Source of the DNA: Torpedo marmorata
Taxonomy: Eukaryota
Direction of reading: 5' to 3'
Length of the DNA: 64,000 bases
NCBI GenBank assembly: GCA_977017645.1
Contig: OZ360235.1
Span: 72,602,001-72,666,000 of the forward strand
Position numbers and translations under genes: made by a program
The notes under the pieces: generated by a model
Database searches by the model: none
Told to the model about the DNA's origin: nothing
What the model saw: only the letters and a program-made list of their open reading frames with translations
In this document: positions 49,583-63,400 of the stretch, in pieces
Position numbering within the stretch: position 1 is the first letter of the stretch
Layout: each line of letters opens with the position of its first letter

Positions 49583-50266
49583 TGTCATGTTTGAAAGAGT
49601 ATCAGGTTCAGTGGGTTCACAGAGAGACGAGTCTGGACACAAGTGTTACAATCACACGTAACTTTAATTAACACACAGGAGACAAACAGGGGAGAATGTC
49701 AAATGCTACTCGATTGCTATATTACTTAAACAACGATATAGACATTCACATCAGACCGAGGTTGGACTCCGATACCAGTGGCCGCCTATACTCTACACTC
49801 TCACACACTTGAGTTCGCACTCTGCAGACAGGGACTTTCACACACACGCCCGGTTCCCTGTACCAACGGAGGTGCGGCTCTCTGCAAGTACTGATCTATC
49901 GCAGTACTACGGCTCAGCTTCAGTCTAGTGCACACCTTACTCGCGACACTTCCAGCGATGTCCACAGTAGCGACCTGGCATGGAGCGATGTCCGGGGCTT
50001 GGACCATGAGGCAGAGAGGAAGAAATGTGCTCTGCGTCGATGTTTTATACAGTTCTGATCTGGGCATCTAGCCAATAATGACCCTAGGTGATTTAAACGT
50101 GCCAACAGCAAGGTGTGCACTAATGGGTGGCCGGAGTCCAACCTTGATTGACAGGTGACGTGACTTCCGAATAAGTTTCAGACAGGGATGACACGTGACC
50201 ACCCGCAATCCACAATATTCCTGACAGGCAGGGAGGCCACGTTGTCCTCCACAACCACATACAACA
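49583..50266 (-). mobile_element. Probable solo LTR of an unrelated family
   Basis: TGT...ACA termini. On minus, TATAAAA at ~50043-49 and ATTAAA at ~49663-68 in the expected order. CpG-rich relative to flanks. No clean TSD. Confidence 0.45.
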
Positions 50267-51202
50267 CACCCTAATATGGGGGCCAGGTGTCTTGTGTTAT
50301 ACTGTTATCAATGTGCTCCAGTGGATGAGAGAGTTGACGTGTTTTGTAATGAGCTTGAAAGCATTCAAGGTATGAAAGCCAAGAGTCATCTGAAACAAAA
50401 TACTATAACATGGTTCTTCAGAGCATAGCTTCTACTTAAAGTCAGAAGGCTAAGGATGAGAAAGATCTGAAGCAACCACAGGGTGTAGGGATCAATAGTG
50501 TTAAATTCTGTTTGGCCTGTTCCATTCACTCCTGTGGTGACGACAGATACATGGAGGTTACAAGATAACAACTGACAAAGAAGCAAGAAAATTTGATGAT
50601 TTGTTTGTTCAACAAGGAGGATCATAGATGTTCCAGGAGGAACTCAACAATAAATATTCACCATAGCCTGTTCCAATCCAACAGAGTTGCATTTGAAATA
50701 GCACTGGTTTTCTGGACAACAAATTTTTTCAAAGGTTTGCTTCCTGAAAAAAAAGTTGGGGATTATGATAGACAATGTTAAGATGAACACAACGATAATT
50801 TCAGATTTGCTGAATCACGTAGAAAGTTGGAGAAACATGAAATTAACTTTTATTGAATTTAGCATGTTTAATCGTATAATGATGCTGACACATTGCGTTA
50901 GTTCAACTGACCTAAAAATGTTTTGCCACTGATTTTCATTTGTACTTAGCATCTGATGCCTCTCGTGTCAGTATCCAACAAAAGTCAGCCAGCATTGATG
51001 GATTCCAGTTGCTCCGATACCACTTTTCCATGATCGCAATGTCCTGGTGAAACTTTTCACCATGTTCATCACTGACTGCACCAAAAAATCAGCAGGGAAG
51101 AAGTCCAAGTGCGAATGCAGAAAATGAATTTTCGGTGACATGTTACACTTCATGGTTTTGTATGTTTGAAGCATGTTGTCAATCAGCTATATGTAGTTTG
51201 GT

Positions 51203-53096
51203 AAAAAAATACAAATGCTGGAGAAACTCAGCAGGTCAAACAGTGTCTTTTATGTAGCAAAGGTAGAAATACATAACCGACATTTCAGGCTTGAGCCCTT
51301 CATCAAAGTATGAGAAAATGCCGGCAGGCGTCCGAACAGAAGAGTGAGGGGGGAAGGGGGGGGTGGCAAAGGCAGGAGATGATAAGTGGAGAAAGGAGGG
51401 AGGGGACAGCAGCAAAGAGGGGGAGGAGGGATAGCTGGGTGGGTGGAAAAAAACAGGAAGGACAGGTGAGGGGGGAGGGGAAGGAAAAGACAAGCAGGTT
51501 CAGTGGAAAGCAGAAAAGTCAATGTTAATGCCATCGGGCTGGAGAGTGCCAAGACAGAAAATGAGATGTTGTTCCTCCAATTTGCGGGTAGTCTGGGTGG
51601 GATAGTACATAAGGCCATGGACAGACATGTGAGTGTGGGAGTGTGACTCGGAATTGAAATGGCTGGCTACTGGGAGGTCGCTGTTGTTGCGGACGGAGAG
51701 GAGGTGCTCAGCAAAGCGTTCTCCCAATCTACGACCGGTCTCTCCGATGTAGAGAAAGCCACAAAGGGAGCACCGGATGCAGTAAATAAGTTCTCTGGAT
51801 GTACAAGTGAAGTGTAGTTTCACCTGAAAGGCCTGAATGGGGCCCCGGACTGTGGTGAGGGGGGAGGTGTAGGCACAGGTGTTGCACCTCCTGCGGGCAC
51901 AGGGGAAGGAGCCGGGAGTGCGATGGTTGGGGAGGGATGAGTGCACGAGGGAATCGCAGAAGGAGCGGTCCCTGCGGAAGGTAGAGGGGAGGAGAAGGAA
52001 AAATGTGTCTGGTAGTGGGATCCTGTAGTAAGTGCCGGAATGTTTGTTGCGTCTGGGGGCAGAGGGGGCCAGGGCAGATGAGCGGGAAATAGAGGAGATG
52101 CGGGTAAGGGCTGAGTTGATGGTGGTGGAGGGGAAGCCATGTTTGTGGAAGAAGGCAGACATTTCAGAAGATCTGGACTGGAAGACTTCATCTTGGGAAC
52201 AGATGCGGCGGAGACGGAGAAATTGAGAGAAGGGGATGGAATCTTTGCAGGGGACAGGGTGTGAGGAAGTGTAGTCCAGATAGTTGTGGGAGTTGGAGGG
52301 TTTGTAGTAAATGTCAGTGGAAAGCTTGTCTCCCGAGATGGAGACAGAGAGATCCAGGAAGGGGAGAATGTTATCGGAGATGGACCAGGTGAGTTTGAGA
52401 TCGGGGTGGAAGTTGGATGCGAAGTGGATGAAGTTGACAAGCTCATCGCGGGTGCATGAGGCAGCCCCAATGTAGTTGTCGATATAACGGAGGAAGAGAT
52501 GAGGGGTCTTGCTTGTGTAGGCTTGCAGCATGAATTGCTCCACAAAGCCCACAAACAGGCAGGCGTAGCTGGGACCCATGCGGGTACCCATGGCTACTCG
52601 TTTGATTTGGAGGAATTGGGATGAGTTAAAGGAGAAGTTATTGAGAGTGAGGACAAGTTCTGCCAGGCGGAGGAGGGTGGTGATAGAGGGTGACTGGTTA
52701 AAGGTAAAGGTTCCATTATTGTCACGTAATACTACATTTACAATGTAAGATACATGAAATTATTTAATTTTTGTCTACCGTAAGGCAGACAGAGAGTCGC
52801 TACTTTGTCAGGCGCCCCTCACAGAAACCTACAGCACCTGGTGTTCCTTGGTGGTCTCCCCTCCAAGTACTGACCAGTCCTGTGCCTGCTTAGCTTCTGA
52901 GATCAGACAATCCCAGTCATATTCAGGCTATTGGTGCTGGTTGGGTCTTTGGTCCAGGAAGAAGCGAAGTGCTTTCAGACCTTCTGAGTGGGGGATAGAT
53001 GTATAAAGGGATTGGACATCCATGGTGAAGATGATGCAGTCCGGTTCAGGGAATCTGAAGTCATTGAGGAGATGGAGGGCATGTGAGGTGTTGTGG
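51203..53096 (-). mobile_element. Penelope-like retroelement (RT plus GIY-YIG endonuclease), 5'-truncated
   Basis: 12-bp TSD ATGTAGTTTGGT (51191-202, 53097-108). MDVQSLYTSIP, GVAMGTRMGPSYA, FLRYIDN, LPFLDL; CxxxxCxxC; LIYCIRC..YIGETGRRLGERFAEH; GINIDF. Hammerhead-like motif at ~51273-51312. Confidence 0.93.
52700..52936 (-). mobile_element. 5S rRNA-headed SINE (SINE3-type) with the shared ~125-nt tail
   Basis: 6-bp TSD CTGGTT (52694-99, 52937-42). Head 52825-52936 GTCTGATCTCAGAAGCTAAGCAGG...TGGTCAGTACTTGGAGGGGAGACCACC..GGAACACCAGGTGCTGTAGGTTT is 5S-derived. Removing it restores the PLE frame DQRPNQSPSIT. Confidence 0.9.
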
Positions 53097-53585
53097 ATGT
53101 AGTTTGGTTCTCTGTGGTTGCCAAGAAAATTCTCAACAACATCTTTAAATGCCTTCCATGAATGCCCAGACCTAAGACAACATTTTCATAGCACCTGCAC
53201 TGAGTGCATGCCCAGGCATGCTTGGACTGACCAAAACAGCTTGCTTTGTGGGCAATATACCAGTAGACTTAAAATGTGACAGAAAATCACAAAAATAGGT
53301 TATATCTAAAAAAGCGTAACGTGATAGGAAAATTTTGTGATTTTTGTGATCAGAAGCCCAAAATCCATAAAATACACCCAAAAGTGTTCAGGAAGCAAAA
53401 TCTTCATTGTCCAGTGTAATCTGACCCATCTGCCAGATATCATATGTAAAGTAGATAAAACCCTTGAAAAACACAATGGGATCATAAGGAGAATCAGAAA
53501 TGTACCCTGCAGTGATTCCAAGAAAGACAAGTTTCTTGCTTATCTTTCCTAATAAAGTTAGGAATCGTATATTCAGGTGCTTGAA

Positions 53586-56500
53586 TTTTAAAAAAAAATA
53601 TTTTATTTAAAATTTTTAAATCACAAAATACATAAGGTAAAATATAAAATTATCAAAATACATGTGATACATTTTCACCCTCCCTCCCCTCCCTAACCCT
53701 CCCACCCCTTCTAAACTACTAAAATTTTAAAAAAATAAAAAAAAGAAAGAAAGAAAAAGATAGAATAAGGAGAATGTCAATCTAAAAAATATATCTATAA
53801 CTAATTTTATTATGGAGGATAGGTTCGCCAGTCAGATCCGATGTCCAGAGATCTTCAAATTCTTAAACCAACAACCTCCATATATGGGCTCCAAATTTTC
53901 AAAAAAAAAGATATTTATTACGTAAATTATAAGTAATTTTTTCAAGTGGAATACATGATCGAAGTTCTGCATGCCATCTTTCTAACCCTAAATCTACGTC
54001 GGATTTCCAAGTAATAGCAATACATTTCTTAGATACCGCTAAAGCAATTCGCAGAAATTCTATTTGATACATATTTAATTTCATCTTAATACTAACTCTT
54101 TTAATATCTCCAAACAGAAATATCATAGGGTTCATTGGGAATGTAGTTTTTAATACTTTATCTAAAAAAATTTAACTTTCAACCAAAAATCATAAACTTT
54201 TGGACAAAACCATGTAGAATGTACAAAAGAACCTTCCTCTCTATTACATCTAAAACATAAGCCTGATAATGTCGCGTTAAATTTCTTTAACTTTTTAGGT
54301 GTTAAATATAATTGATGAAAAAAGTTATATTGAACTAATCTATATCTAACATTAATAATCTACGTCATACTTAGTTTACATAATTCTTTCCAGTGATCTT
54401 CATCTATTGTTACATTTAAATCTAATTCCCACTTCAATCTTGAATTATGAATTCCTACTTTAGGAGTTTTTCTCTGAAACAGTCTATACATTTGAGAAAT
54501 AAATTTATTTACATCTCCATTAGTAACTAATAATTCTAATTCACTCTGTCTTGGTATAGTCAGACTATAGCCTAATTTCCCAACCAAAAATGCTTTAATT
54601 TGATAATAAGCAAAAAGTGTATTATCCAATTTATCTTTCATTCTTTGAAAAGTAATACATTTCCCAGCTTCAAAACAATCATTTATTTTCTTACTTCCAT
54701 TTTGAAACCAAATTTTAAATAATTGATTATTAACAGTAAATGGAATGAGTTCATTTTGATATAGAGGCATTTTTGGTGAAATCAATCCTTTTCCTCCTAT
54801 TTCCTTATCCACTCTATTCCATATTTCTAGCAAATGTTTAAAAATAGGAGAATTCTTCCTTCTTGTTAATATTAATTTAGAATTCCATTTATAAATAACT
54901 TCTTCTTTGGAATCTTCTCCTATATTATTTAATTCTATTCTAATCTAAGCGGAAGACTTAGTTAAATCAAAAAGTTCATTAACAAATTTTAGTTGAGCAG
55001 CTTTATAATAATTTTGAAAATTAGGAAGTTGTAAACCACCCATTTCATAATTCCAAGTTAATTTCTCTATACCTACTCTAGCCAACTTTTCTTTCCACAA
55101 AAACTTCCTAATAATTACGTTTAAATCTTTAAAAAAAATTTGAGGAATTTCATAAGGAATTGATTGAAAGAGATATTGAATTCTTGGAAAAACATTCATT
55201 TTAATACAATTTGCCCTTCCCATTAAAATTATAGGTGAATCCTTCCAACTCTCTAAATCTTTTTTAATTTTCATAAATAATGATAAATAATTTAATTTAT
55301 ACAAATTAACTAATTTTGTATCAGTCTTTATTCCCAAATATTTAATTCCTTCTTTTGACCATTTAAATTGTGTAATTTCTTTACATTTACAATAATCCCC
55401 TTGCGTTAATGCCATAATTTCACTTTTATCAGAATTAATCTTATAACCAGATATTTCCCCGTATTCTCTCAATAAAGCAGTCAATTGTATTAAAGAAGTA
55501 ATAGGTTTTGTCATATATATCAATACATCGTCTGCAAATAAACTCATTTTATGTTCTTCCCTTCCAACTTTAATACCTACAATCTTAACATCTTGTCTAA
55601 TTAATTCTGCCAAAGGTTCTATCGCTAAAGTAAACAATGCTGGTGATCAAGGACATCCTTGTCTAGTTGACCGAGTCAAAGGGAATCTTGAAGAAATTTG
55701 TTCATTTGTAACCACTTTAGCAGATGGTTCTTTATATATAGTTTTAATCCAGTTAATAAATGTAATTCCAAAACCAAATTTCTCCAATACCTTAAATAAA
55801 AAATTCCACTCCAATCTATCAAAAGCCTTTTCAGCATCTAACGTTAATACTAATGCTAAATCATCCTTCTTTTTATGCACATTAATTAAACTAATTAATC
55901 TAGCTATGTTATCCTTTGAATATCTATTTTTAATAAAACCAGCTTGATCTACATGGATTAAATCTGGTAGATAATTAGCCACTCTATTTGCTAAAATTTT
56001 TGCCATTATCTTATAATCCACATTTAACAATGAAATTGGTCTATATGATTCTGTTTTCAACACATCTCTATCTTTCTTAGGTATAACTGTAATTATTGCA
56101 TTTGAAAATGTATCCGGTAACAAATGAGTTTCTGTAATTTGTTTCAACACATCCATATATGGAGGTATCAATAAATCTTTAAACTCCTTATAAAATTCTG
56201 ATGGAAAACCATCTTCCCCTGGAGATTTACCACTCGTTAAAGAAGTAAGAACCTCATTAACTTCCCTCATTGAGAAAGGCTAGTCCAAAAATTCTTTACT
56301 TTGAGTATTTAATCTAGGTAACTTAATTTTAGATAAAAATCTATTAATTTTAGAATCATCTTGATCAATCTGAGATTTATATAAATTCAAATAATAATCT
56401 TTAAAAGAATCATTTATTTCTCGAGGTTTATACGTTATTTTCTTAGAATTCTTTTTTATAGCATTTATAGTTCTAGAAGTTTGATCTTTCTTTAACTGCC

Positions 56501-58554
56501 ACGCCAACACTTTATGTGCTCTTTCTCCCAATTCATAATATCTTTGTTTAGTTCTTTCAATTAATTTTTCCATTTTATATGTTTGTAACAAATTATAATG
56601 CAATTATTTTCCAACTAAATTATTCCTTTTTTCTTCTGATCTCTTTTTTTGCAAATCCTTTTCCAAACATTCAATCTCCCTCTCCAAATTATCCACCTCT
56701 CGAAGATAATCCTTCTTAATTTTGGCTGAAAAACTTATTATTTGACATCTTAAATAAGCCTTTAAAGTTTCCCAAATAATAAATTTATTATCAGTCGAAT
56801 TAGAATTTATTTGTAAAAATTCCTGAATTTCCCTTATATAATCACAAAAATCCTTTCTTTTTAATAAAGAAGAATTAAATCTCCACCTATATATAGTTTT
56901 TTCTTTTTCCGGAATTATACATGACATTAATAAAGGTGAATGATCAGAAATCATTCTCGCTTTATAAGATGCTTGTGTTATTCTATCTTGAACTTGTGAA
57001 GACAATAAAAACAAATCTATCCGATAATATCAATCATGTCTAAAAGAGTAAAAAGAATAATCTTTTTCTCTAGGATTCAATTTTCTCCAAATATCTATTA
57101 AATTTAAGTCTTTCATCAAAGTAAGAAATCTTTTAGCAGTTTTAGATTTAGCAACTGATCTTGATGTTTTATCCATTATCGGATCTAAACAACAATTAAA
57201 ATCCCCACCAATTAAAATATTATCATTAGCTTCTGACAAATGCAAAAAAGAATCTTGAATAAATTGTTCATCATCCGCATTTGGTACATATATATTCATA
57301 AGAGTCCAAAATTCCGAATATATCTGACAATGTATTAAAACATATCTACCTACCACATCTATCACCACAGATTGTATTTTAAAAGGTAACTTTTTATTTA
57401 CTAATATGGCTACTCCTCTTGCTTTAGAATTAAATGAAGAAGCAACCACTTGACCAACCCATTCTCTTTTTAACTTCTGATGTTCCGAATCTGTCAAGTG
57501 TATCTCTTGTAAAAAAGCTATATCTACATTTAACTTTTTAATATGCGCTAAAGTTCTCTTCCTTTTAATCGGGTTATTTAGCCCGATTATATTAATACTT
57601 ACTACATTTATTGTTTTACTATCCATCATTACTAAATTTTATTAAATCTCTCTCCATCAAACCTACCAGCACCTTCCTCCAGAATCGTAATCTATTTGAC
57701 ATCTCCTTAAAAAGAAAAAAAAAGAAAACAAGAAAATAGGATGGATACAAAACCCCAATGAATACAATACTGGTGAAATTACCCCAGTATTACCCCCCTC
57801 CATTACTCGAGGAGTGGCCCTCGCCACTAAGGTGGTATGTGGCTAGGAAGGAGAACCAAAAAGTCCACCCCCCCCAACAGATTTTACACAGCATTTATTA
57901 TCATAACTTCATTTAGCTTCTTCAAAGTCCTTATAAACTTGATTTTCATCAATCCCGACCTCGACATCCTCCTCTTTTCTTGAAGTGCTTGGCAAAGAAA
58001 ATTGCGACGGTGAAATCTCTTGAACTTGGTGATGATCCATCAGATCTTGATCTTTCTTCAAATAAGGAAGAGAATTTGCATGTTGGAACGCTTGTTGGCA
58101 GTCCGTAAAAAAAAGAGATTGATTTTCTTCAGACTGAACCTTCAAAACTGCAGGATATCTAAAAGAAAACTTATATCCCTTATTCCAAAAAATCGCTTTT
58201 GCTGGGTTAAATTCTTTTTGTCTTTTAACAATAGCTGAACTCAAATCAGGATAAAAGAAAACTCTGCTTCCCTTAACCATCAGTGGAGTCTTATAAGTTT
58301 TAGCATTTTGGATAGCTGCTTTCAATATTTTCTCTTTGTCCGAATATCGAAGACATTTAACCAAAACTGATCGTGGTCTCTGATCCGCATACTGATTCCG
58401 TCTTCCAATTCTATGCGCTCTCTCTAACTCCAAATTATCTAAACCCAGAACTTCTAAAATCCATTTCTGAAAAAATTCAGTCGTATCGTAACTTTCAAAA
58501 TTTTCAGGTAGTCCCACAATTTTAATATTATTCCTCCGGCTTTGATTTTCCAAT
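53586..58554 (-). mobile_element. L1 LINE with decayed ORF2 and ORF1 C-terminal part, interrupted by the Gypsy element
   Basis: ORF1 LENQSRRNNIKIVGLPE, LERAHR, FFYPDLS, RYPA (57909-58553). EN/RT fragments 53856-57629. G-rich UTR (C-rich on plus, ~53677-53710). Confidence 0.95.
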
Positions 58555-60331
58555 TGTTATGGACCATGACTGACCATTTGGACTGCGAACGGTCAGCAGG
58601 AAGGCTGAAGTCTTTTGGAGTACACACTGGGACCAGGTACTGAAAGAGTTAACTTGCCCAGGACTTGGCGTACCCAGAGAGAGAGAGAGAGAGCAGAAAG
58701 AAACAGGTTGTGGAAAAGATACTTTGTTGCACTTTTGCAAAAGCAGGTACAGACCTCTGCAAAAAGCAGGCAGTTTGAAGTTGCAAAGGCTAGAGAACAC
58801 AGCAAAATCCAGGCTTGTGCATCCCAGAGAAAAACGCTGGGAGAATAGCACATGGCTTCCTGTCTCAGCAAAATCCTGAGTTAAAAGCAACTTTTGTGGA
58901 GAACAGGCGTGAGATCAGCGAGACCAGCTGTGAGATCCAAGTACACGCCTCAATCAGTGGTATACTGATTTGGAGTCGCAATCCTCGTGAATCTCTACCA
59001 AAAGGGAAAGTCATCAGAGAAGAAAAAAACAAGCCAAGTATTCGTAAGCATAATGTTATGGACCATGACTGACCATTTGGACTGCGGACGGTTAGCAGGA
59101 AGGATGAATTCTTTTGGAGTATACACTGGGGCCAGGTACTGAAAGAGTTAACTTCCCCAGCTACTTGGTGTACCCAGACAAGATACATTGTTGCACACTT
59201 CTGGTGTACCCAGACAGAGAGAGACCAGAGAGAGACAGAGACAGGCTGAACAAGATACATTTGTTTCACTTCTGCAAAAAGCAGGGGCAGATCTCTGCAA
59301 AGCAGACACAGTTGTGAGTTGCAAGGCTACAGAACACAGAAAGTATCCAGGTTTGTGTGCAGTCAGAGAAAATCTGGCAAAATAGCACATGGCCTCCTGT
59401 CTCAGTGAAAAATTCTGAGAAAAAGCTATTTCTGTGGAGAACAGGCGTGAGATCAGCGAGACTAGCTGTGAGATTCAAGCATACGCCTAAATCAGTGGTA
59501 TACTGATCTGGAACTTGCAATCCTTATGAACCTACAAGAAGGGGACGTCATCAGAGAAGAAAACAAGTATTTGTAAGCATAATCAGTCATTGTCTCTCTC
59601 CAACGTTCATTCAGAAGTACTTCTACCAGACCCAGAGCTGAAGTGAAGCCTGAACTTAGAGAGTGAATCTTGTGGACTGTTTATCTTTTTTTTTGACTGA
59701 CTTGTTTTTTTTATGACTGACCTGGGGTTTTTGGGGAAAGTTTTTCCATTTTTTTTACATAAGGGTTGGGCACAGACTGTAATGGTCTGGGCTTTACACA
59801 CACACACATACACCTTTTAGATAAGAATAGAGTTTATAGACGTTTATAGTGGGGTTAATTGGTGTGAAATTATATGTTTACTTGTGTTTAATAAATAATA
59901 ATTTCAATTTTACCCCTTTTGCATTGCGTCTTCTGTCGTTGCTGGTTTGAATTTGTAACAATAAACAGTCATTGTCTCTCTCCAACGTTCATTGAAAAGT
60001 CCTTCTACTAGCACACAGAGCTGAATTTGGAACCTGAACTTAGAGAGTGAATTTTTGTGGACTGTATTATTTTTTTTTGACTGACTTGTTTTTATGACTG
60101 ACCTGGGGTTTTTGGAGAAAGTTTTTCCATTTTTACATGAGGGTTGGGCACAGACTGTAATGGTCTGGGCTTTACACACACACACACCTTTTAGATAAGA
60201 ATAGTGTTTATAGACGTTTATAGTGGGGTTAATTGTGAAATTATATGTTTAATTGTCTTTAATAAATATAAATTTCAATTTTACCCCTTTTGCATTGCGT
60301 CTTCTGTCGTTGCTGGTTTGATTTTGTAACA
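58555..60331 (+). repeat. 5' LTR (58555-59053 plus 59965-60331) split by a nested solo LTR
   Basis: TG...CA termini. Sequence resumes colinearly after the nested copy. Confidence 0.88.
59054..59960 (+). mobile_element. Solo LTR (907 bp) of a sister subfamily nested in the 5' LTR
   Basis: TGTTATGG...TTTGTAACA flanked by 4-bp TSD ATAA (59050-53, 59961-64). Confidence 0.88.
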
Positions 60332-60335
60332 AAAT

Positions 60336-60359
60336 TGGGGGCTCGTCCAAGGATTTGAA
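60336..60359 (+). promoter_or_regulatory. Primer-binding site complementary to tRNA-Pro
   Basis: TGGGGGCTCGTCCAAGGATTTGAA versus the tRNA-Pro 3' complement TGGGGGCTCGTCCGGGATTTGAA. Lies 4 nt after the LTR. Confidence 0.85.
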
Positions 60360-60463
60360 TCAAAATCCATCTTGGTAATTGAAGGAATCCTAGTTTGGTT
60401 TAAGACATTCCTTTTGTAAAGCTAATTAAAAGCTAGTGTGTGTGTAACGAAAAACCAGCAACA

Positions 60464-63400
60464 ATGGATGGAGAACATTTTTTGGAATCACCTGAACGTG
60501 ATACTTTAAAAAAAGCAAAAAAGGAACAGTTAGTGGCTATAGCAACAGGGTTGGGCATTGCTTCAGTAAAATCATCTATGAAAAAGGCAGAGATTGGGAG
60601 AAAAATTGTCAAATACTATATAAAAGAAAAAAAATTTGAGGAGAGCGTGTTAGAGCAGTTTCCCAAGGGTAAACCTTCTGAAAACCTACTGTTGGAAATA
60701 AAGAAATTGGAATTGGAACAAAAGAACTGGGAATTGGAACAAAGGAAATTAGAATTGGAGGCAGACAGGGAACAAAAGAAAGTGGAGGCAGCCAGGGAAC
60801 AAAAGAAATTAGAATTGGAGGCAGACAGGGAACAAAAGAAATTGGAATTGGAATTGGAACAAAAGAAATTAGACACGGAATTGGAACTAAATAGACACGA
60901 GAACGATGAGAGAAATAGGAGATATATGCTGGAAAAGATAAAGTTGGAAAATGAGAGGAAACAAGAAGAGCACCAAGATCAAATTCGTCATCCTGTTGAG
61001 GGGTTTTTGACTAGTAGAGAAGTTAGGTTGGTTCCTCCATTTGAGGAGGCAGAAATAGATAATTACTTCCAGCATTTTGAGAAGGTGGCTGTGAAATTAA
61101 AATGGCCACAAGACCAATGGTCTCTTATGTTACAAAGTGTAATAAAAGGAAAAGCTCAGCAAGCTTATTCTACTCTTACCACGGAGCAAGCTGCTGATTA
61201 TGAAATGGTGAAAAAGGCTATACTCCAGGCTTATGAGTTAGTTCCAGAGGCTTATAGACAGAAGTTTAGAAATTTAAAAAGATCAGCAACCCAATCTTAC
61301 ACAGAGTTTGCCTATGAAAAGGTTGTGTGTTTTGACCGGTGGTGCACATTTAAGGCAGTAAACAATGATTACAATCAATTGAGAGAATTGATAATAATCG
61401 AGGTGATAAAAAGGTGTGTTCCTGAGGATATTAAGGCATACTTAGATGAAAAGGAGGTGAAAACTTGGCAAAAATTCAGCTAAGTTAGCAGATGAATATG
61501 CTTTAACCCACAAGCCTAAGTGGACGTCAGGCAGAATTTTCCAAAAGGTCACTGTGGAAGCAAGTGGAAAGTAAATTTGGAAGTGGTGTTAAGGAAAGGG
61601 ATGAAGGAAAGTGGAAAAGGGAAAACCCTTCGGGTCCCATTTGCCACTACTGTAGGAAGGCTGGTCATATGCTAGCAAGCTGTCCAGTGTTGAAAAAGAA
61701 GAGAGAAAAGGATGCAACACCTAATGCTTGTATTCAGAGTGAGAAGAGGCATAACACCCAGGAAGGAGATAAATTTACTGACAAAGTTAAAGATGTATTT
61801 AAACCTTTTGTGACTGATGGTTTTGTTTCAGTTAAGGCAGGATCAAAACAAGTTCCAGTGAAAATCTTGAGAGATACTGGAGCTGCTCAGTCACTTGTGT
61901 TAGATAGTGTCTTGGTATTTTGTGAAGCTACTGACACCAGTGAGATAAATTTAATTAAAGGAATTGGGGGTGATGTTGAGTCCATTCCTTTGCACAAAAT
62001 AGTGTTGGACTCAGACTTGGTGGAAGGGCCTGTTATAATAGGAGTGAGATCAGAGTTGCCAGTAGAAGGAGTCTCACTGTGGTTAGGCAATGACTTGGCC
62101 AAGGGTAAAGTAGTTCCTGCAGTGCGAATGACCACTAAGCCAGTCATTGATAAGTCAGAGAAAGACTCTGATATTTATCCGGCATGTGCCATAACCAGGG
62201 CCATGTCTAAGAAAAATGTCACTGTAGAGAAGGCAGAGGAAAATAACTTGGTGAAAGAAAAAGACAGTGATAATCAAGAAAACCTGGAAAAGGTTGAGCA
62301 ATCTCCTATGTTACACCCATCCACTGATAAGACACCAAAAGGCACAGAGTTGTCACTATCCCGACAGGAGCTAATAGCAAGGCAAAAGGACGATCCTGAT
62401 CTTGCTGAGGTGAGGGATAAGGTTCTCTCTGAAGAGGAGATTAAAAAGGTGCCAGTGGGTTATTATGAAAAAGATGGGGTTTTGATGAGAAAGTGGAGAC
62501 CATGTGATGTTCCTGCCAATGAAGAATGGGCAGTAGTGCAGCAGGTTGTGATCCCTAAAGTATATAGGGATGCAATAATAACTTTGGCTCATAGTACACC
62601 CTTAGGTGGTCACCTTGGGGTGAAGAAAACTATAAGGAAGATAATTAAACAATTTTATTGGCCCAGTTTGAGAAGGGAGGTTGTAAGCTTTTGCCGGGCC
62701 TGTCACACTTGTCAGGTGGTGGGTAAACCTAATCAAGGTCCCCCGGTGGCACCCTTGCAACCTATCCCTGCTTTCAGTGAGCCTTTTTCGAGAGTAATTG
62801 TGGACTGTGTTGGCCCATTGCCCAAAACCAAATCAGGGAATGAGTATTTGTTAACAATTATGTGTGCAGCCACCAGATTTCCAGAGGCCATTCCTCTGAG
62901 AAACATTAAAGCAATGTCAATTGTAAAGGCTATGGTAAAGTTGTTCACCTTGGTAGGTTTGCCAAGGGAAATTCAATCAGATCAGGGCAGTAATTTCATG
63001 TCAGGCGTTTTCCAACAAGTGGTTGATGGACTGGGAGTTAAACAGATTGTATCCTCTGCATACCATCCAGAAAGTCAAGGGGCCTTGGAGAAGTTCCATT
63101 CGACTTTGAAAAACATGATTAGAACCTATTGTTGTGAAAAGGAAAAGGATTGGGATGAGGGGGTTCATTTGTTGTTATTTGCAGCGAGGGAGTCTGTCCA
63201 AGAATCACTTGGTTTTAGTCCATTCGAGTTAGTTTTCGGACATGAGGTGAGAGGTCCTTTAAGATTATTAAAAGAACAGTGGATTAATAGTGATGTGCAT
63301 TTAAATCTGTTAGATTATGTTTCCAAATTTAAGGATAGGTTACATAGGGCTTGTGAGATGGCAAAGGCAATTTAAAGGCCACTCAACAGAGAATGAAGGT

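Larger units (their letters stand above)
50710..53416 (-). mobile_element. Chapaev3-type element, copy 3, interrupted by a PLE
   Basis: Segments 50710-51202 and 53109-53416 are colinear with 34424-35181. Ends TTGTCCAGTG|TAA. Confidence 0.8.

Noticed and set aside
52825-52936. 5S rRNA gene
   Set aside because: It is 5'-incomplete, diverged, fused to a tail and flanked by a TSD within a PLE.
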